Source: Campylobacterales bacterium (GTDB lineage: Bacteria > Campylobacterota > Campylobacteria > Campylobacterales > QNZT01). From it: a stretch of DNA of 64,000 nt. Below the pieces are notes generated by a model. That model was not told where the DNA came from. It made no database searches and saw nothing but the letters and a program-made list of their open reading frames with translations. Made by a program: the position numbers and the translations under genes. Shown in pieces: positions 24,601 through 30,600 of this stretch; position 1 is the first letter of the stretch; each line of letters begins with the position of its first letter. The stretch covers positions 11,029 through 75,028 of the forward strand of contig JALVVR010000041.1 in NCBI GenBank assembly GCA_027023305.1. The letters are read 5' to 3'.

Positions 24601-27600
24601 CTACTACTTTGGCTTGAACAGTTGAGTCTGAAAGATTTACATATAATTTTTTACTATTTGAAGCAGTACTTATACTACTATAATCAACTGTATCATTTCC
24701 ATAGTCACTTGTCTTAAGACCACCATAAATAATATCATCACCAGTAGAAGCATAAAATATATCATCTCCTAGATTTGAGCTATCTAGACTATCTCCACCC
24801 TCTAAAATATTATTTTTATTATCACCTTTGATAATATCATCTTTTTTACTTCCTACTATATTTTCAATATTTAATACTATATTACTCTCATCATTAGTAC
24901 CAAAGCCATTTACACCATCGGTATCAACTTTTATATTTTGAGATTGTAAGTTTGCATTGATTGCTTGAGTTCTTGAAGTAAAATCAATAGTGTCTATACC
25001 AGCACCACCATCAATAAAATCATCACCAACTCCACCTATAAGTTTATCATCTCCATCTTTTGCTATTAGAGTATTTGCACTATCATCTCCAATTATAGTA
25101 TCATCTTGAGATGATCCTATAATATTATTTATATCTTCAAGTGTATCAGTTTCACTAGTTCCTACTGCAACTTTATTAACACTTAAGTCTGCACTTATTG
25201 CTGTATCTCTATCATCATAAGCAGCTGTATCATTTGAGTTACTACTACCTTTTATAGTATCATCTCCACCTCTTCCATATAGTGTATCATCTCCTTTTAA
25301 ACCAGAGATAATATTTGCACTACTATCACCTTTTAAGGTATCATCATGATTACTACCTTCTAAGTTTTCAAAGTTTTTAAGAGTATCTTTACCATCTCCT
25401 ACTGTATCTTGCTGTGTTGATATAGATAGATCTACTTTTACACTACTAGACACATCCTTATATGAAACAGTATCATTTCCGTCATTCCCATCTAAAACAT
25501 TATCTTCTGAACTTCCCATAATAGTATCATCATGAGTAGAACCAAGTGCATTTTCTATTGATATTAGTTTATCATTTCCATCTGCTCCACTTGAAGTCTC
25601 ACCTCTTAAATCAACTGTTACACTATCAGTTGCATTTTCATAACTTGTAAAATCAACTCCACTTCCTCCATCTATATAATCACTTTCTAATCCACCAACA
25701 AGAGTATCATCTCCACTTCCACCTATAAGAGAATCTACTCCATCCTCTCCAAGAAGCTTATCATCTCCACTATTTCCTTCTATATAGTCTCTACCTGCTC
25801 CACCTTTTACCTCATCATTTCCACTTCCTGCTAAGATTGTATTTGCCCCATCATTTCCACTTAGGACATCACCATAATCAGAACCTACTAGATTTTCAAT
25901 AGATGAGATATAGTCATTTCCACTTCCACCTGTATTTTGGGTAGTAGCATCTTGGGATATATCTATAGTAATACCAGATGAGGCATCACTAAAATCAGCA
26001 GTATCTTCGCCATCTCCACCAAGTAGAGAGTCATCTCCTGCTCCACCTTTTAGAGTATCATTGTTCTTTCCACCCTCTAAGGTATCATTTCCATCTTTAC
26101 CCTCTAAAAAGTCATTTCCATCTAAACCTTGGATATAATTTGCTTCATTGTTTCCTATAGCTATATCATTACTATTTGTAGCTATTATATTTTCTATTTC
26201 ACTTAAAGTATCACTTCCCTCACCAGTTGCAGTTCCTTGGAAAAGATTTATATCCATTGCAGTATTTACATCACTATAATCAACGGTATCAACTCCATTT
26301 CCTCCACTTATATAGTCATTTCCTAAACCACCTTGTAAAATATCATCTCCAACACCAGCAAAGATTGAGTCATCACCTTTTCCACCATCTATTTTGTCTG
26401 CTCCAGCTCTTCCATAAAGTTTATTTGCTGAGTCATCTCCCTTTATAGAATCATCATGAGAGCTACCAACTATATTTTCTATATTTTGAAGTGCTGCAGT
26501 AAAAGAATCACTTCCTATTTTATAACTTCCAGTTTGATTTGATAAATCAACATTTATAATATCATCTGAAGAGCTAAAATCTACGGTGTCTTCTCCTTCT
26601 CCACCATCAAGAGTGTCATCTCCTCCTGTTGCTAAAAGAGTGTCATTTCCAAATCCACCATCTATGGTATCTGTACCTGCTCCTCCATCAAGAAGATCAT
26701 TTCCTTTCCAACCTTGGATTATATTTGTCTCACTATCTCCTGTGATAGTATCATCCCCGTTGTATCCTATAATATTTTCTATACCCTCAATTGTATCCTT
26801 AGTTCCAAAGCCATCTTTTATAGCTTTGTTTTGCGATAAATCTACTACTACTTTACCTGTTGCTCCTTCATAGTTTACTGTATCATTATCAGCTCCACCT
26901 CTTAGAGTATCATCTCCATATCTACCATAAAGAGTATCATTACCTGCACCACCATCCAAGATATTATCTGCATCATTTCCTTTTATCGTGTCATCATGAG
27001 AGCTTCCTAAAACATTTTCTACATTTATAAATGTATCCATACCTTCTGATTTTGTATCTTGTTTATCTGTGAGTGCTAAGTCAATTTCTGTATCTCCAGT
27101 AGCATTTGTATAATCAACTGTATCACTTCCTTCACCTCCATCAAGAGTATCATCTCCAAGTTTTCCCTCTAAGTAGTCATCTCCTTTTCCACCTTCTAAG
27201 ATGTTATCACCATCATCTCCTCTTAGAGTATCATAATACTTTGATCCTGCAACTCCTTCTATACTATCAAATGTATCACTTCCTTGTCCAGCTCCTATAT
27301 CAACTGAAGCATCTCCACTAAGCTCAACTGTTATAGCTGAATTTGCATTTGAATAATCAGCTATATCTAAACCATCTCCACCATGAAGGAAATCATCTCC
27401 TGCTCCTCCTTGAAGTCTGTCGTTTCCAACTCCTCCATAGAGTATATCTACTCCATCATCTCCTTTTAAAAAGTCTTTACCTACCTCTCCATACAGGGTA
27501 TCAATTCCAGCATTTCCACTGATAGTGTCATCTCCTTGACCTCCCCAGATAGTATTTGTAATATCACTACCTGTTAAGTTATCATTTTGATTTGAACCTT

Positions 27601-30600
27601 TTAAATTTTCAATATTTTCTAACTTATCACTACCATCTCCTGTTGCAACACCATCTTTTAAATTTGCTGTTATGATATTTTGTGATTTTGAAAAGTCAGC
27701 TGTATCTATACCAGCTCCTCCATCAAGATAGTCATCTCCACCATTTCCTACTAGTGTATCTGCACCATCATTTCCAAAAATAGAGTTATTGTTATCATCT
27801 CCTATCAAAGAGTCTGAAGTTGTACTTCCAGAGATATTTTCTATATTTACTAGAGTATCAGTTCCATCTCCTAAAGCTTGATTTTTAGATAAATCAACAT
27901 CTACTGAAGTGTTTAAGTTTGAGAAATCAACTGTATCTCTACCAACTCCACCATCAAGATAGTCATCTCCACTTCCTCCTCTTAGGCTATCATTTCCTAT
28001 ATCTCCATAAAGAGAATCGTCTCCACCATTTCCATATAGAATGTCATTTCCTTTGTTTCCAAAAAGCTTGTTTGAGTTTGCATCCCCACTTAGAGTGTCA
28101 TTTAAGTTTGAGCCTTTTAAGTTTTCTATATCTACTAATTTATCACTTCCTGCTCCTACTGTATGTTGATAGTCAGTTTTTGATAAATCAACTTCAACTC
28201 TTAATGATGCAGAACTATAATCAGCTGTATCTTCTCCTTCTCCACCATCTATAATATCATTTCCAAGTCCACCATCTAAGAGATCTTTTCCCTTATTACC
28301 AAGAAGAGTATCATCCCCATCAAGTCCTAAAAGATAATCATCTCCTAAATCTCCATCAAGTATATTTTTAGCACTATCTCCTGTTATGCTATCATTTGCT
28401 TGAGAACCTATTACATTTTCTATATTTTTTAGAGTATCACTTCCCTCTCCAGTTGCTATGCTATCTTTTAAATTTACCTCAACTGAGTTTGTAAGAGAGT
28501 GAAAGTTTACTGTATCATTTCCAAGTCCACCATCAAGATAATCATCTCCAGCTCCTCCACTTATAGTATCATCTCCATTTTGAGCTAAAATGGTATTGTT
28601 GCTATCATCTCCTATAAGAATATCGGATTCTTGAGAGCCTTTTATATTTTCTATATTTATGAGTGTATCACTTCCCTCTCCTGAAGCTACAGAGTTTTTT
28701 AAGTCAACAGTTACTCCATTTGTAGAATTTGAGTAATCAACCATATCACTGTTTAATCCACCATCTATGATATCATCTCCAGCTCCTCCACTTATAGTGT
28801 CATTTCCATCTTCACCTCTTAAAGTATCATTTCCATCTCTTCCTTCAAGATAATCATCTCCCTTTCCTGCAAAAAAAATATTATTGTTTTGGTCACCTTT
28901 TATTGTATCCTTTGTATCAGTAGCTATAATTTTTTCTACATTTGTTACAGTGTCACTTCCGTCTCCTAGGATTGAATGAGATTGAAGATCAGCCTCTATA
29001 CCTGTATCTAAATATGAATAATCAACAGTATCTATACCATCTCCACCATCTACGGAATCATTTCCACTGCCTGTTTTGAAGTAGTCATTTCCACTATTTC
29101 CTATAAGTGTGTTTGATATATCATTTCCTATCAAGGAGTCATCACTTGATGAACCTATCGCATTTTCGATATTTACAAGTTTATCTGTTCCCTCTCCTAA
29201 GGCTTTTCCACTTCCATCATTTGTATTTGGATCATCTAAGTAGAGAGTAACCCCACTATTTGACTGAGAGTAATCAGCAAAATCACTTCCAACACCACCA
29301 TTAAGAAGATCATCTCCTACTCCACCTCTTAGTGTATCACTTCCGACTCCTCCACGAATTGTATCATCGCCAGCATTTCCACTGATAGTATCATCTCCAT
29401 CTCTACCATCAAGGATATTTACTTTATCATCACCAACAATAATATCACTACTACTACTTCCTAATACATTTTCTATATTTTTAATTACATCATTTCCAAC
29501 TCCAGTTGAGCTTTGATTTAAAAGGTCTATATCTATGCTTGTTGTAGAGTTTACAAAATCTATAACATCTATGCCATCTCCACCATCAATGGTATCATCT
29601 CCATTTCCAGCAAAGATAGTATCATCTCCATTTTGAGCAGTTATAGTATCATTTCCTTCTAGTTCAGTTATAGTGTCATCTGTAGCTCCACCCACTATAG
29701 TAGAATCTCCATGAGATGATATTATGATATTTTCATTTGGTTCTCGTGAAAGTACAAAACCTAAATCTTCATCTCCATTATATTTATAATCATTTGCATC
29801 ATGAATATCTTTTACTTGAATACCAACTGTTTTAGAAGCTGTAAGCTCCTTAATATCAGGTTCATCAATTTTTTTTGGATTTTCAGGATCTTGAACAATA
29901 TTATCTCTGTTAAACTTTGAAGTTAATTCCATATCTATAGAAAAATCATCATGAACAGTTTTACCATTGTATTTTAAAACAACTTCTAATCCATTGTCAG
30001 TTACTTTAAATCCATTAACTGAGTTTTCTACATCTTCTTTATTTATAATCCAATCACTACCACTTTGAGTTCCATTTACTACTGAAAAACCATTTGGCAA
30101 ATCTTTTAAAACTATTTGTTCAACTGCAAAACCCTCTGGTTGAGTAGGATTTATAGATATAAGTTTAGATAAATAATCCCCTTCAAACCAATCAGGGTTA
30201 TCAGCTACAATTTTCATGTTATCATGAGAGCTAGAAAAATCAATAGTTTCTTTTTCCATTTGAGCTTCACCACTATCATCATGTCTTGCCCTTATGCTAC
30301 CTCCTCCTCCATCCACAACTGTTACACCACCTCTAGTAGAGATAGTTTTTTGAGTTTGAAAAAAGTCAACATCAAATTTTAAAAGAGCAGTTACATCAGA
30401 GACATTTACATTATCTTTTGTTTTTGAAGCACTACTATCTTCAAAAGAGGTATAATCAGTAGTAAAATCACTCTCTTGAACTCTAACTGGATCTACCTCT
30501 TCTTCAGCTTTTAAAAGTTTTACCTTAGGAGCATCATCAGTTTTATTAGATGTCATACCCTCCATGATATGTTCTTGTTGTTCTATAACTTTCTCTTTTG